Shown here: piece by piece, positions 12,006 through 24,787 of the stretch | How the letters are laid out: each line of letters begins with the position of its first letter | How positions within the stretch are numbered: position 1 is the stretch's first letter | Source: Octopus bimaculoides | Taxonomy: Eukaryota | NCBI RefSeq assembly: GCF_001194135.2 | Contig: NC_068981.1 | Location: 139,982,678 to 140,046,605 of the forward strand | DNA length: 63,928 nt | Direction: 5' to 3' | Made by a program: the position numbers and the translations under genes | Notes under the pieces: generated by a model | The model's input: only the letters and a program-made list of their open reading frames with translations | Databases searched by the model: none | Told to the model about the DNA's origin: nothing

Positions 12006-12274
12006 CCATAAAATTATAAGTAGATTATATGACGTGCAGCGGATTCAAATGGATATTAGCAACAATGATTCAGTTTGAGCTAAGATTTGCCAAAATGTTT
12101 CTTTATTTAAAGAAAAAGTTATGAAAATGATATTCCAAATTATTTGTCTTCCATAATGTAATATCTCGAAATGTGATTTAATTCATTTATAAATGATGAG
12201 AATATGTTTATTAAAATAGATCGTTTCTGTATTTTTATCATTAGATTATTTATATTTCCTTCATTAATTCATTT

Positions 12275-12475
12275 CTACTATTGGCACAAGGCCCCAAATT
12301 TTTGGGCAGGGGTCAGTCGATTAGATCAACCCCAATACGCAACTGGCACTTAATTTATCGACACCGAAAGATCAAGTCGACCTCGGAGGAATTTGAACCC
12401 AGAACGTAAAGACAGAGGAAATAACGCTAAGCATTTCGCCCGGTGTGCTAACGCTTCTGCCAGCTCTGCGCCTTG
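12275..12475 (-). mobile_element. SINE family B, near full length
   Basis: Head (reverse complement AAGGCGCAGAGCTGGCAGAAGCGTTAGCACACCGGGCG), B-box GGTTCAAATTCC, GAGGTCGAC core and tail. Confidence 0.85.
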
Positions 12476-12649
12476 TATTTCCTTCATTAATTATAAAGCC
12501 TATTCTTCTATCCTATGAGCTGTACGAGAATGAAACGGAAAATATATATAGCTTTAGTCTTCTCAACTCCCACAAAACAGGATCATAAAAGTAATGTTAA
12601 CGTTACTATTCTAATGTGAGAAGAACTAGAATCCATTAGCTAATGTACC

Positions 12650-12864
12650 TTTTATCTTTTACTTTTTTCAATCATTAGACTGCGGCCATGCTGGGCCACA
12701 TCCATGAACAATTTGTTTTCGTCGAATGAGTCGATCTCAGGACTTATATTTTGTTAAGCCTGATACTTACATTATCGGACTCTTTTGTCGAACCGCTCTT
12801 TACGGGGGCATTAATCAAACCAACACCCGCTGTCAAGCAGTGTTGTGGAGCAAAGAGAGCCACA

Positions 12865-12895
<31 letters not shown>

Positions 12896-13053
12896 TACAC
12901 ACACACTTCTTTCTTATATACGACAAGCTTCTTTCGGTTTCCGTCTACCATATCTACTCATACGGCTTTGGTCGGCCTGAAGCCACGCAGTAGGACTGAA
13001 CCCGGAACAATGTGGTTGGGAAGCAAGCTACTTACCACACAGCTACACTTGCG
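12650..13053 (-). mobile_element. SINE family A, full length with internal (CA)n
   Basis: tRNA-like head (reverse complement GCTGTGTGGTAAGTAGCTTGCTTCCCAACCACATTGTTCCGGGTTCAGTCC), middle microsatellite and 3' half. Confidence 0.85.
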
Positions 13054-13622
13054 CCTTTGAAGATTTCTGAACTATCATCATAAATGTCATGAAGTTTAAT
13101 GTACTTAATGTTATTCTATTTAATATTTCAAGAGAATATTACGTATACCAATAAATAATGTTTATAAAATATATTTCCTTTCGACATGGATTTTTATGAT
13201 CCAGCTAGTTTTACAAACTGTTTTACATAAAATAAAATTTGTATTTTTGCACACTGCATAAATTTTGTTTGTCGTAATATTTTTTTAATAATTGTAATGC
13301 GAATTATGGTATTTGTAATTATTAGTTGCATTTTTTAATATTTTCATTATTGAATACTATTCAAAGCTAGAAGCAAAACGAAAAAAAAATAATAATGTAA
13401 ATAAAACATTTCGATTTCTGAGAACAATTTAGTGAGTGACTAAATTTAGCCAATGAAAATGGCAGGTCATAATAACGTTCGACCTCGTTTATGAGGTCAA
13501 CCTTAGAGAAATCTGACAACGCGAAAAAGATAATCAATAATTTTACAAATTCGTGTTCGATGAAAATGAAAGAACACAAACATTGCATAAAGGAATACGC
13601 AGTATCATACGAAGTGTATGTA

Positions 13623-14070
13623 TGCATAGCCCCAGCTATGCGAACCTGTTCGTTGGCTATGTTGATGCCCAAATATTCTCAAGTTTCACTGGTCCCACTC
13701 CCGAACTATATGGCCGTTATATTGACGACTGTATTGCTGCAACCTCACCCTCCCGCGAGCATCTAGAGCCCTTCCTCTCTTTTGTCAAATATTTCAATCC
13801 TGCCGTCCACTTCTCCTGCAGTATCTCTCACACCTCTGTCGCCTTTCTTGACATTTCGGTCAGCATTCATTACTCCACTCTTATCATCTCCATCCACTAC
13901 AAACACACAGACTCTCACTCATACTTCAACTTCTCCTCCTCCCACCCTCAACACACCAAGCTTTCCATCCCTTGTTCCCAAATCCCCCGTCTACGCAGGC
14001 TCTGTAGTGACGACCATGACTTTGAGAGTCAGTCTCAACTCGTGGCTCGCCACTTCATCCAACGTGGATA
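13623..14070 (+). mobile_element. Penelope-like RT fragment (Neptune-like)
   Basis: Open frame SPSYANLFVGY...YGRYIDDCIA...VAFLDISV...YKHTDSHSYFNFSSSHP...SIPCSQIPRLRRLCS...FIQRGY; YIDD catalytic motif and PLE thumb. Confidence 0.9.
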
Positions 14071-14496
14071 TTTATATATATATCCACTCACCTATTACAA
14101 ATAATTACTGGATTATGGATACTACACCTGATAAAGGGATGCAAAACTACGCGGTGTAATGTGTAATGTTTACGCTGGAGGCATAGGAAAAGAGGCTAAA
14201 TAATAGCCTGTGTAGATTTCGAAAAACAATTCAGTGGTATTCCACGTCCAAGATGTCAATATTCAAGTTACCTGTGAATAATATAAAGCTTTTAATAATA
14301 ATCTGTATTAATTACATTATTATATAATAATCAAGAGCCATATGTTTCTCCAACTGCTTGGATGAGTACAAAGTCATGGACTTTTCATTTCAAACGCTAT
14401 TTTTATCATTGCATCTTTACTTGGATTTACTTCTTTACTAAAATAAAACCATAAATAGATATAAATGTAAATAGTAATTAAATAAAAAAGAATCAT

Positions 14497-14650
14497 AGGT
14501 ACCTCTGGCGCCATAGGTTCATAAGGCTGATTTCCCAGATTTTGTGGCGCATGTCTATCGAAAGAACACAACGCATCATCAGTTCAGAGATCGAAGCCAC
14601 AATCTCACGATAATGAGTGAAACACCCTAGCCACAAAACCACGCACTTCT
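14497..14650 (-). mobile_element. SINE family D-like head, internally deleted
   Basis: Reverse complement GTGCGTGGTTTTGTGGCTAGGGTG...GGCTTCGATCTCTG...GCGTTGTGTTCTTT...CAGCCTTATG resembles the copy at 4617. Confidence 0.5.
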
Positions 14651-15560
14651 ACAATGGATAATTAGATGGCTATAAAAAAAATGTTTGAAATATTTATATA
14701 AAGATGAGAAAAAAAAACTTTTCGAAAATGAATTTATTAAGATACAAGTCTAAGGTAGAGGTAGAAAAACGTGTAAACTATTTACTGACGTAGAGAAAAA
14801 CCTATAAAAATATGTAACTTCCGATTTCTTACAGATATTCAAGCTAAGCAATTAGAAGAATAAAAGTCTAGAAATGATTAAAAACACTTTAACAAAGAAG
14901 CATACACCACTCTCAAATAAAACAGAAAACTTCACGATGTAGCTATTGATGCATAGGAATAGTATTGAAGGCAGACAAACATTCCAAGTATAAATTCATA
15001 AACATTACTGCAATCAAGAAGATTAATGATTATATTTAGAATACTGAAATGTAGACGTTGGCACAGATTTATTAGCCATGGGCAGATGCGAAATGTGACT
15101 CTTACGAGTAGACAATTCTATTTAAGATTACTATAGTTTACCTAAACTAACAGAGAATCTGGAAATTAAAGCAAAATGCTGAAGAAACAGGAAAAAAATA
15201 CAAAAGATGCTAAAGAGATCTTAGTCGTCATGTTAATGTAGTCGATGATAAAAAGTTAAACTTTTAAAAATGGGTGGAGTCGGGGGTGGGGGGGGGTGGA
15301 ATAGAANNNNNNNNNNNNNNNNNNNNNNNNNNNNNNNNNNNNNNNNNNNNNNNNNNNNNNNNNNNNNNNNNNNNNNNNNNNNNNNNNNNNNNNNNNNNNN
15401 NNNNNNNNNNNNNNNNNNNNNNNNNNNNNNNNNNNNNNNNNNNNNNNNNNNNNNNNNNNNNNNNNNNNNNNNNNNNNNNNNNNNNNNNNNNNNNNNNNNN
15501 NNNNNNNNNNNNNNNNNNNNNNNNNNNNNNNNNNNNNNNNNNNNNNNNNNNNNNNNNNNN

Positions 15561-15622
<62 letters not shown>

Positions 15623-15719
15623 GGTGTACCCAAAAGAAACTGGAATTTTACAATGTTATTTTATTCTCTTAGTTCCACATGTTTGCACTTTTATCGCTTT
15701 CAATGTATTCTACATTTGA

Positions 15720-16412
15720 CAGGTTTTTCACCATTCAAACCAGTGCTTGGATCCTTGCAGAATGATACCTTTTAACGCCTCTATCGTTTTTTTACTTGAC
15801 GACGTCCACATCTGCAAATTCCATATCACCAGCTTTCGTCACCAGTGACAAGCATGCAGTCAGGACTGTTTTTAATCTTCCGTAAGCAAGGGAGGCACAG
15901 ATTTTGCTGCAACTCTTTTCATTCGCAACTCCTCGCTCAAAATTCGTTGGTAGAAGCTCCAGAACTCACCTGTCATATCAAAAAGTTCGTCAGTTGTTCA
16001 GTGACGGTCTATCAAGATCAATTCATGAATTTTCATGATGTTTTCATTCGTTCGTGAAGTCGACGGACGCCCTGAACGAAGTTGTTCTTTAAGCGACAAG
16101 AGACCATTCCTAAAGCGTGAAAACCACCGGTAAATTTGGGCTTTGCTCATGGCAGCGTCATTGTAAGCTGTTCGAAGCATGTCAAATCTGTTTCGGCCGC
16201 CGTTTTTCCTAGCAGAGAAGAAAATTTCACGGAAGCACGCTGTTCCTTCGTTCAGCCATCGCAAAAATCGACGAACAGTAGAGAAGCACTACACAATTAA
16301 GACGCATCACTTGCCCGAGTGTGGTATCAAGTTACTTCTCGCGGCGGAAGTCTAAGCTACAATGGGCTTCTTTGGCAGGAAACCTTTCCGGTTACATTTG
16401 GGTACACTCTCG
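15720..16412 (-). mobile_element. Mariner transposon, 5' half with TIR
   Basis: TA|CGAGAGTGTACCCAAATGTAACCGGAAA terminus, HTH region AYNDAAMSKAQIYRWFSRFRNG...RSGRPSTS, and VTGDESW near 15830. Confidence 0.85.
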
Positions 16413-16547
16413 TATGTATATGTGTGTGTGTGTCTTTGTGTGTGTCCCTTCAAGGCACTGCATGGCTGCACTCAAATGATTGAATTAAGCAAAGTATATA
16501 TACACATATATTACGGAGATGTACTTGCATAACAAGCGACCTGATCT

Positions 16548-16765
16548 GGGCATATGGCGTAGTGGTTAAGAGCGCGGGCTACTAACTCCAAGATTCCGAG
16601 TTCGATTCCAAGCAGTGACCTTAACAAAAATAATAATAGTAATAATAATAATAATGACACCGAAAAACCTTAAGAACGTTGTGTTAACAAGAAGCAAGAC
16701 GAGGACAAATATCCGTTAAATGTAAACAATTTAAATAATTCCTCATCTCTTAAATATAGAACTGT
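16548..16765 (+). mobile_element. SINE family C with tRNA head; hammerhead core deleted
   Basis: Head GGGCATATGGCGTAGTGGTTAAGAGCGCGGGCTACTAAC...GAGTTCGATTCC, then (AAT)n. It then jumps from AACCTTAAGA to ACGTTGTGTT, followed by the tail. Confidence 0.85.
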
Positions 16766-16789
16766 GTGATATATTATTCTACATTTTCG

Positions 16790-17050
16790 AGATGGGGAAT
16801 TATGTACATCATTTACAATGGACGGGTTGGTGTCCTCGCCTTGTTTTTTGTTACCACTATGTTTCGGCTGATGTACTCTTCAGGTAGAATTTCGAACCCA
16901 ACTCTTGATAAATGGGATACTCTGTTCTCATTCCTAAGGTGACTATTTTTGCTGAGGTTATTTTTTCTATAGATAACATTTCACTGCCTGAGATTGAACT
17001 CAGAATCCGAGAGTTAGTAGCCTGCGCTCTTATCTACCACCCTGTATGCC
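16790..17050 (-). mobile_element. SINE family C, diverged, tail-to-tail with the preceding copy
   Basis: GTTTCGGCTGATGTACTCTTCAGG, TTCTCATTCCTAAGG, and head GAACTCAGAATCCGAGAGTTAGTAGCCTGCGCTCTTA. Confidence 0.75.
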
Positions 17051-17107
17051 TGTAGGAAGTTAGCGAGTGAATTCTTGGAATTATAAACCTAATATTTTAT
17101 CATTACT

Positions 17108-17325
17108 AAAGCGGCGATCTGGCAGTAACGTTTGATCACCGGGCGAAATTCTTAGTAATATTTCGTCTGCCTTTACGTTGTACGTTCAAATTTCGCGGAG
17201 GTCGACTATGCGTTTCATCCTTTCAGGGTCGATACATTAAGTACCAATTGCGTACTGGGTTGATCTAATCAACTGCACCAATCCCCAGAAATTTCGGTCC
17301 ATGTGCCTAGAGTAAAAAAGAATAT
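17108..17325 (+). mobile_element. SINE family B, full length
   Basis: Head, GTTCAAATTTC B-box, GAGGTCGACTATGCGTTTCATCCTTTCAGGGTCGAT core and GTGCCTAGAGTAAAAAAGAAT tail. Confidence 0.85.
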
Positions 17326-17339
17326 TTTTGCTTTTCTTA

Positions 17340-18180
17340 ATACTAGTTCCCATATTACATTCATACCTGAACTAGGTCCACTTGTGTCCTAGCATATGTG
17401 CTGCCTCTTTTAATTGTAATATCCAGTAGAGTTCTCTGTCTATTATTTTAATTTCTTCCCACAGGGGTAGGTGGTCTCCGTTTTTCCATACATTTCCTCG
17501 TTTTATATATGTTCACGTGTCACAGCTTTCCTCTGCCCTTATTTTAAGGGGGTGGCATATTTCGCCTTTGTATAACCTACCGCAACTGCATGGGATGGGT
17601 TACACGCAATGTTTGGTCATATTCTCTTCTATGGGTGGTTTTCTCGGAGGAGAAATTTGCGAAGCGTTGTATTACTCCTGAATATTGTCCCGATGTCATA
17701 TGGACCGCATATCTTTTGTATCTTTCCGAAGAAACCTTTGACATAGGGTAGACAGACTGTGGTCAGTTTGGGGGTTTCATCCCCTCTCCTCTTCCTAATT
17801 GAAGTGGATAGTATGTTTTCTGGGTAGTTGTTGCATAGCAGATTATTTCTTAGCCTGATCATTTCTTCGTGGTGTGTATCAGGATCGCTACTTATAGATA
17901 GTCTTTGCCCGATGTTTTAGACACTGAGCAATCCCTGTATGGATGCTGAGAACTGAAGTTGAGGTATTGTCCAGTGGAAGTTGGCTTGCGGTTTACAGCC
18001 GTCATGAACCCATACTCAGTGCGTGTCATTAATCCATCCAGGAATGCCAGTTTATTGTCTTTTTCCTTTTCTATTGTGAACTGCATGGATGACTTTTATG
18101 AGTTCACATAATCTAGTAATACTTGGATATCCTTCGCGTGGGGCCAGACTATAAAGGTATCATCAATATATCGAAGCCAT
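17340..18180 (-). mobile_element. 5'-truncated Penelope-like element (RT C-half plus GIY-YIG)
   Basis: WLRYIDDTFIVWPH, QFTIEKEKDNKLAFLD...RKPTSTGQYLNFSSQHP, VCLPYVKG, and KHCV*PIPCSCGRLYKGEICHPLKIRAEE...LPLWEEIKIIDRE..LKEAAHM. Confidence 0.9.
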
Positions 18181-19239
18181 CGAGCAAAGATTATAAGTAG
18201 CGATCCTGATACACATCACGAAGAAATGATCAAGCTGGTGATTCGAAAATATTAGCTCGTTTAAGAAAATGTTAACTTTAAATAAAATTTCAAAAACAAA
18301 AGATATCAAGATGTGCCAAAAATAAAGATTATATTCTGACGCATCTACGCTGTCAGTCGATCTGCTAGTAATAGATGCTATATATCTTTTAAATTATATC
18401 CTACTTTTAAAAAAAATTGAGATTAGATAATGTATTACTAGATACACTCTGAATAGACTGAAAGACTCATGAGACAAAGATAGAAAGACTTTGATCACAA
18501 GTCTGTTAAATTACCGTGGAATCTAGTTCTAAACATCAACAAACATCAAAGAACAAACATTTAAGCATCGAAAAAATAATAGAACTATGAATGTTGAGGA
18601 AGTACATCACGAAGTTAGATCTGGTGCAAACAAATCAGAAGAGAAACAAGATGGCAAGCAAAATTAAAACCCTGTATATATACATTACATTGTCCAAATA
18701 AAGAATTAAACGTATATCAGCAGAATTTAAACAAAATTGAATCTAAGAAATATCTAAGATTAGAATACTTTAAAGCTGGAAATGTTCAAAATGACAACAA
18801 TATAAATATGGAAATAATTAAAAAGATTTAAGTTTGATAGAAGATCTAAATACTCTCCTAAAGATTAATTTTAACGATAAAATAACAACGCAAACACAAA
18901 TCGGACCACCGTAGACATACTGGAAACACATGTGAACATAATTATCTCCAGAATATATCAAATGATCTATGCAGCAGTCTGTCTGTAGTAACAAAACTAA
19001 ATGGGGAAGTTAAATAAATAAATATTATTATTTATATTATTTTTATTATTATTATCACAATCATTATTATCTAAACTGATCAAATAACAGGATAAAAAGT
19101 ATACGGGGAATGATAGAAAATAAAACAAAAGACGTATCAATCTTAATTAGATTGATAACAAGAAACAAAACAAAACTGGAAGAAAGATAAGGGAGAATTA
19201 CGACAGACAAACAATATTAAAAAAAAGTAACGAAAAATG

Positions 19240-19440
19240 AAGCACTAAATCAAAGAATTCGACGTTCTGGGAAGAAACAACATATGGTTGCAAAACAAAC
19301 GCTTTCTTCTATAATCCAAACAGATTTTACCATGATGTAGGTCAAAACAAAAGGAGAAACCACTACAGCTTCAATAGTGAAAGAACTAGAAGTGGAGAAG
19401 GAATTATAGCTAGCAGATGAGAGCTTTAAGAATAACAATT
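19240..19440 (+). mobile_element. Probable R4/Dong-like N-terminal fragment
   Basis: QRIRRSGKK followed, after a frameshift, by FFYNPNRFYHDVGQ resembles 'QRIRR...QNKLFxxNPKKFYRE' and the segment at 857. Confidence 0.4.
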
Positions 19441-20727
19441 AAAATAAAATAATATAGAAAAATTTCAAAACAGTACTTAGATATAAAACAGGATCACCTG
19501 GATAACACATCAAGTGTTAAATTTCTGGCTAGTTTTCTGGTAAAAATGTCGCTTGGTGTTGACGTCTGTCCTTAACCCTAGTAAGGTAGGCCATCCAAAC
19601 CTAGTGATCTGTGATTTGTATATACATTTCGAGAACTTTTCTACATCAGCTTGTATGGGATTTTCTAATCACTCAGTATTCTTCCATAAACACTCTTCTT
19701 CAATAGAGTTTCACTATAGACCTTTTGTCATCTCTCCTAACAAATATTCTTAGTTTTCTGATTTCGTTGTCCACATTCTCATGTATACATCTCGTTGCTG
19801 GCCTTGTTATTATCGTTGATGTTCTTACTCTCGGTATTACTAGCGGTGGTGGGTGCCGTACTTGATGAATATTTGTAGTGGTATTGCTTGCTATTGGAGT
19901 AGTAAGTATATTGATAATGTTTATGATGTGACGGGTTTTGTTTCAAATACCGCTACTTCAATTGTCGCAATAGCTAGCGGTGGCTTTTGTGCTAGTCATG
20001 TAGTCAGAAACATTAGTAATGGTTTCATTTTCATCAATGTCGATAGTGCCACGTGATGATATTAGTGACGCTATTGTCAGGTGATGATCTTAGCGATGCT
20101 ATTGTTATTGATAGTAGTGGTGAAGCTGAAAGACAGGCGGATCAATCTTGTTATCTCTCCTTGATTTAGTTGATGAATAAGTCTCTTCAATTCCCCATTA
20201 GCTGTCAGATCCGAAGTCAATGCTTTTGCGTATCATAGGACTGAGTGGAGTCAATATAACATAGTAACTTTTCGACTATGTTCTTGGTGAGATGTGTAAC
20301 AAAATATATAGAAGAACACTAAACATGCGATATAAGATAAGGTTATAGTAATGGTTACCAATAAAAACATCAGGCCTGAAATTTTTAGGGCAAATCCAAA
20401 GGAATGAAAAGCAAACTTGATTTTGATGACATTTGAAGACGGAACCTGTGGAAGTTCCGGAAGGCATTTTGTCCGATCTAACGATTGCTAGAATCCATCG
20501 CAATTATCGTCGTAATATAATAAGCGATTATATCAGTAACAGCTGTGATATCGGCCACCTTATTTGACATATAGTTTACTTTATCCAGCCCTCAGTGATA
20601 AAAGACAAAATTGACTTCTGTGTGATTTGAACACAGAACCTAAAGCCTTCCTATGAATATCCCTGCGCTATTCTACTAATTCGGTGAAAAACTGTAGCAT
20701 ATTAAAAAGGGATATCCTTGTAATACG

Positions 20728-20840
20728 AGAGAGAAAGAGAGAAAGATAAAGAGAGAAATAGAGAAAGATAAAGAGAGAAAGAGAGAAAGATAAAGAGAGA
20801 AATAGAGAAAGATAAAGAGAGAAAGAGAGAGAGAGGAGAG
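20728..20840. repeat. AG-rich minisatellite (GAGAAAGATAAAGAGAGAAA-type units)
   Basis: Read directly. Confidence 0.85.
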
Positions 20841-20872
20841 ATATATAGACTGGTAGATAGTATGTGTATGTA

Positions 20873-20899
<27 letters not shown>

Positions 20900-20908
<9 letters not shown>

Positions 20909-21428
20909 TATATGTATTTGTCCCCGCCAACATCGCCTGACAACCGATTTTAGTGTGCTTATATCCCCGTAACTTAGCGGTTCGGCAAAAGACACAGATA
21001 AAATAAGTCCAAGGGTCGATTTCTTCGATTAAAAGGCGGTGCTCTAGCATGGCCACAGACAATATAACTGAAACAAGTAAAAGAATAAAAGAGCTTACAG
21101 ACCACATGGTTCCGGGCAAGTGTCTTCTACAATAGCCGCGGACCGACCAAAGATTTGCGAGTGGATCTGGTAGACGGAAACTNNNNNNNNNNTATATATA
21201 TATATATATGTGTGTGTGCGTGTTCGTGTGTGTATGTGTGTATATGTTTATGTGTCTGTCTTTGTCCCCCTAAGATGCTTGTATGTTTACGTCCCCGTAA
21301 TATAGCGGTTCCGCAAAAGAGACCGATAGAATAAGTACTAGGCTTATAAAGAATAAGTCTTGGGCTCGATTTGCTCGACTGAAGTCGAAGCTCCAGCATG
21401 GCTGCAGTCAACTGAAACAAGTAAAATA
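20900..21428 (+). mobile_element. Tandem family A SINEs: 3' half (20900-21093) then a head-truncated copy (21098-21428) spanning a 10-N gap
   Basis: Two TTTGTCCCC...GAAACAAGTAAAA modules with ACCACATGGTTCCGGGCAAGTGTCTTC...GGTAGACGGAAACT between them. Confidence 0.85.
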
Positions 21429-21524
21429 ATATATATAGCGAGAGAGGGGAGAGAGAGAAGAAGGAGAAGATGAGAGGGAGAGGGAGATAGAAAAAACATA
21501 CCATTAAATATATATTCTGTCTTA

Positions 21525-21920
21525 CTATTTTCATTCAATGGACTAGGGTCATGCTGAGGCGCCACCTTGAAGGATTTATTCAAAGAATCGCCCGCGGTAC
21601 TGATAACAGTAAGTCTTACTCTATCGTGTTATTTTGCCAAACCGCTAGGGTTAATATTACTTAAACACACCAACACCGGTTATCAAGCGGTAGAGTGAAA
21701 GAAAAGAAAAGACACAAAGAGATCCATGCATCTCGCCAGCGCGCACACACATATATTTATATATGACAGGCTATCACAGAGGTTTTGTTTATGAAATTCA
21801 CTCACAAGATATACTTTAGTTCGCTACTACAGAAGAAAATTAACTAAGGTGCCAAACAGTGAGATTGAAACCCAGACAACTTGCTTGTTACGTGAGCTTC
21901 TTAATGACCCAGCCATGCAT
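21525..21920 (-). mobile_element. Old full-length family A SINE
   Basis: GGTCATGCTGAGGCGCCACC...TTTTGCCAAACCGCTA...ATTCACTCACAAG...AAGGTGCCAAACAGTGAGATTGAAACCC. Confidence 0.6.
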
Positions 21921-22329
21921 GTGCTTACCCTTCCATACGGTTTGGTACAATGTGTCTATAAAAGCGATATATATATTATAAAACTAGAGCTGTAATATCT
22001 ATTCTATTAACCATGAGTGTTCATCCTATGACGTAGATGCAATGGCTGAAATATCAATAAACTAGAAATACTGATTATCTAAGAGAAGAAGGGTATATTT
22101 ATTCAAAATTTCATATACCTACAATTGTTTCCACAGCAATAATTGCCACTTTGTTTTTACAAGACAGCGCTTCTTCACTCGCTAGTTTATCGATTATTCA
22201 AATGATTGAATAATTATTTGTAGAAACTCAAAGCGAAAATATCGAGAAGAGTCAGATTCTAATAATATATACTAAGTGTACGTATTGAATTTGTTCCCCC
22301 CTTTACTGAACAGCATCATTCAATAATCT

Positions 22330-22512
22330 ATCTATCTATCTATCTGGTATTTGTCCCCTCTGTGTGCAGCCCTGTGTGGCTAATAAAAGAAAGTTATCTA
22401 TCTATCTATTTACCTGTCTGTTCATCCATCCATTCACCACTTTGTCTCTCTCCCCCACTCTCCTCATCTCTATCTGTCTGTCTGTCTGTCTGTCTATCTG
22501 TCTATCACTCTG

Positions 22513-22554
<42 letters not shown>

Positions 22555-22810
22555 CATCCATCCATCCATCCATCCATCTATCCGTCCACCCTTCCATCCA
22601 TCTCTTTGTTCCTCTCCCCCTCTCCCTCCCTCTACCTCTATATATCTCTTTGTTTTTCTGTCCGTCCACCCGACTGTTTGTTTGTCGCGCTGTCTATCGC
22701 GCTGTCCATCCATTCATTTCGCTTTCTACATCTATCTATCGATCACTTTATCGGCTTCTTCGATCTTAAACACATAGATAGAAGGAGAGAGAGAGAGAGA
22801 GAGAGTGAGA

Positions 22811-22842
<32 letters not shown>

Positions 22843-23481
22843 AAGAGAGAAAGAAAGAGAGTGAAAGAGAGAGGGAGAGAGATGTCTGAAGTATTATACC
22901 CAAAATTGTATCTCGGAACAAGTACTTAACAAGTACGTGTTATTATTTGATGTAGAGAAATTCACCTTACGTATAAAGCAAATATCCATCTTATAGTCAA
23001 TTTGAAAATGTATCAGATGTAAATGTCCAACAGTTATGTCAGTTAGACACAGTGCATTTATCAGGAATGCAAGCCTAAAATCGTAGTCAAACGTAACAGA
23101 GAAACATGTGTAAATTGTGTATGGAAATGTCCATTTCTCATATATGAAACCATCCATCATACACAACTACATTAAATATTTCTCGTGTTCCCCCTTCCAA
23201 CGTCTTCCAGCTATATATCATAAGAAGCATCACGGATTTAAATCTCATCGTAATGTATATATGTTACGTAGACACACACCATCACACGTACAATACATAC
23301 GTGCATACTTACATAATATAAAGGCACGCAAACACTCACACACATGTGCACACACACACGCATGTGCACACACACACGCATGTGCACACACACACGGACA
23401 CACACACGCACATATGCATACAACATATTTGCACCCACGTATGTGCTCATATATATATGTAAAAATATGTATGCATACCTA

Positions 23482-23519
<38 letters not shown>

Positions 23520-23571
23520 ACTATCTGTCTGTCTGTCTGTCTGTCTGTATGTCTGTCTGTCCGTCTCTCTC

Positions 23572-23652
<81 letters not shown>

Positions 23653-23657
23653 GTCTG

Positions 23658-23702
<45 letters not shown>

Positions 23703-23825
23703 TTATCTTTCTATCTATCTATCTATACACACCTACACCCCCACACACACATTTGCAAATACGCATCTAAATACTCAAACGCACACACACACACACGCAC
23801 ATACACACACATATGCACACACTTA

Positions 23826-23856
<31 letters not shown>

Positions 23857-23860
23857 TACA
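22330..23860. repeat. Microsatellite cluster (TCTA, TCCA, GA, CA, TA) with an 18-bp tandem at ~23340-23400
   Basis: Read directly. Confidence 0.85.
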
Positions 23861-24787
23861 CAAATATATCCCGGCATTTTGTACCGCAGATATATCTATC
23901 AGAGCGTAATCTGCAGCAGAGTGGAACCCTTACATTTCTATCAATGAATGTTGGGCAATACAAATAACACCATCGACTTAACATTGATCTATCGATCAAT
24001 CTGCAATCCTAGCCAAGACTATTACAATCTTCAATATTTACATACCATATCTGAGTATTGCATAATTCATTAAATTTCCACGCATTACAACCACCTTTCT
24101 TACACAAACAAATTACTCATCTTTCTGGTTCTCTTGTTACTTCCTTTAAATCACAAAACCATAGAAATATTCTCATTCAGAAAATATTTTTTTCTCTCTT
24201 GCGTGTCATCTAATTCTTACACTTTTACTAATATTTTTGCTTAATTTTTATCTATTTATTTTTATTTTAATTTTTGGCCTTTGATCTCCTCAGCACTCTA
24301 CACTTTTGGTTAGTTTTTATATTTCTCTGTGCCATAAGGACATTTAGCAAGTTTTTTTTTTTTTTTTGCTATTCATGAACCAACGTATTACTAAATGATA
24401 CCGTATTCGCTAGTTTACTTTTATTTTTATGATTTGCTTTAAACTGAATATAATTGTTCACATAAAGCAGACCTTTTCATGCCCATATCCAATCTGAAAG
24501 TCACTTTATGTGCTACATTTTCTTTTTAGTATATATCATGATCGCATTCACAAAACATATTACGAAACCTAAATTTCTGAAATATTTTAATAAGTGAGAA
24601 AGCGTTCAACAGGTGTGACGTATAATTATTCAAATATATCAAACCTATTCGTTTGCATTATTTAAAGTGTAGAGAACGTTTCAAGACCTAAAAATCTAAT
24701 TTTGTTGTCACTGCACTGTTCCTCCTACAGATAGTAGATGTGTTACAGCAACATCACAGCTATTAATCTACACTAATCTTTTCACTA

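Noticed and set aside
16548-16620. tRNA gene-like sequence (also 57903-57975 and ~41710-41783)
   Set aside because: No proper acceptor stem or T-run terminator, and each continues into a SINE body; these are SINE heads, not tRNA genes.
16855-16890. CUGAAGA...GAAAC in the deleted C copy
   Set aside because: Stem II is reduced to one pair and GAAAC-AUA cannot form stem III; non-functional.
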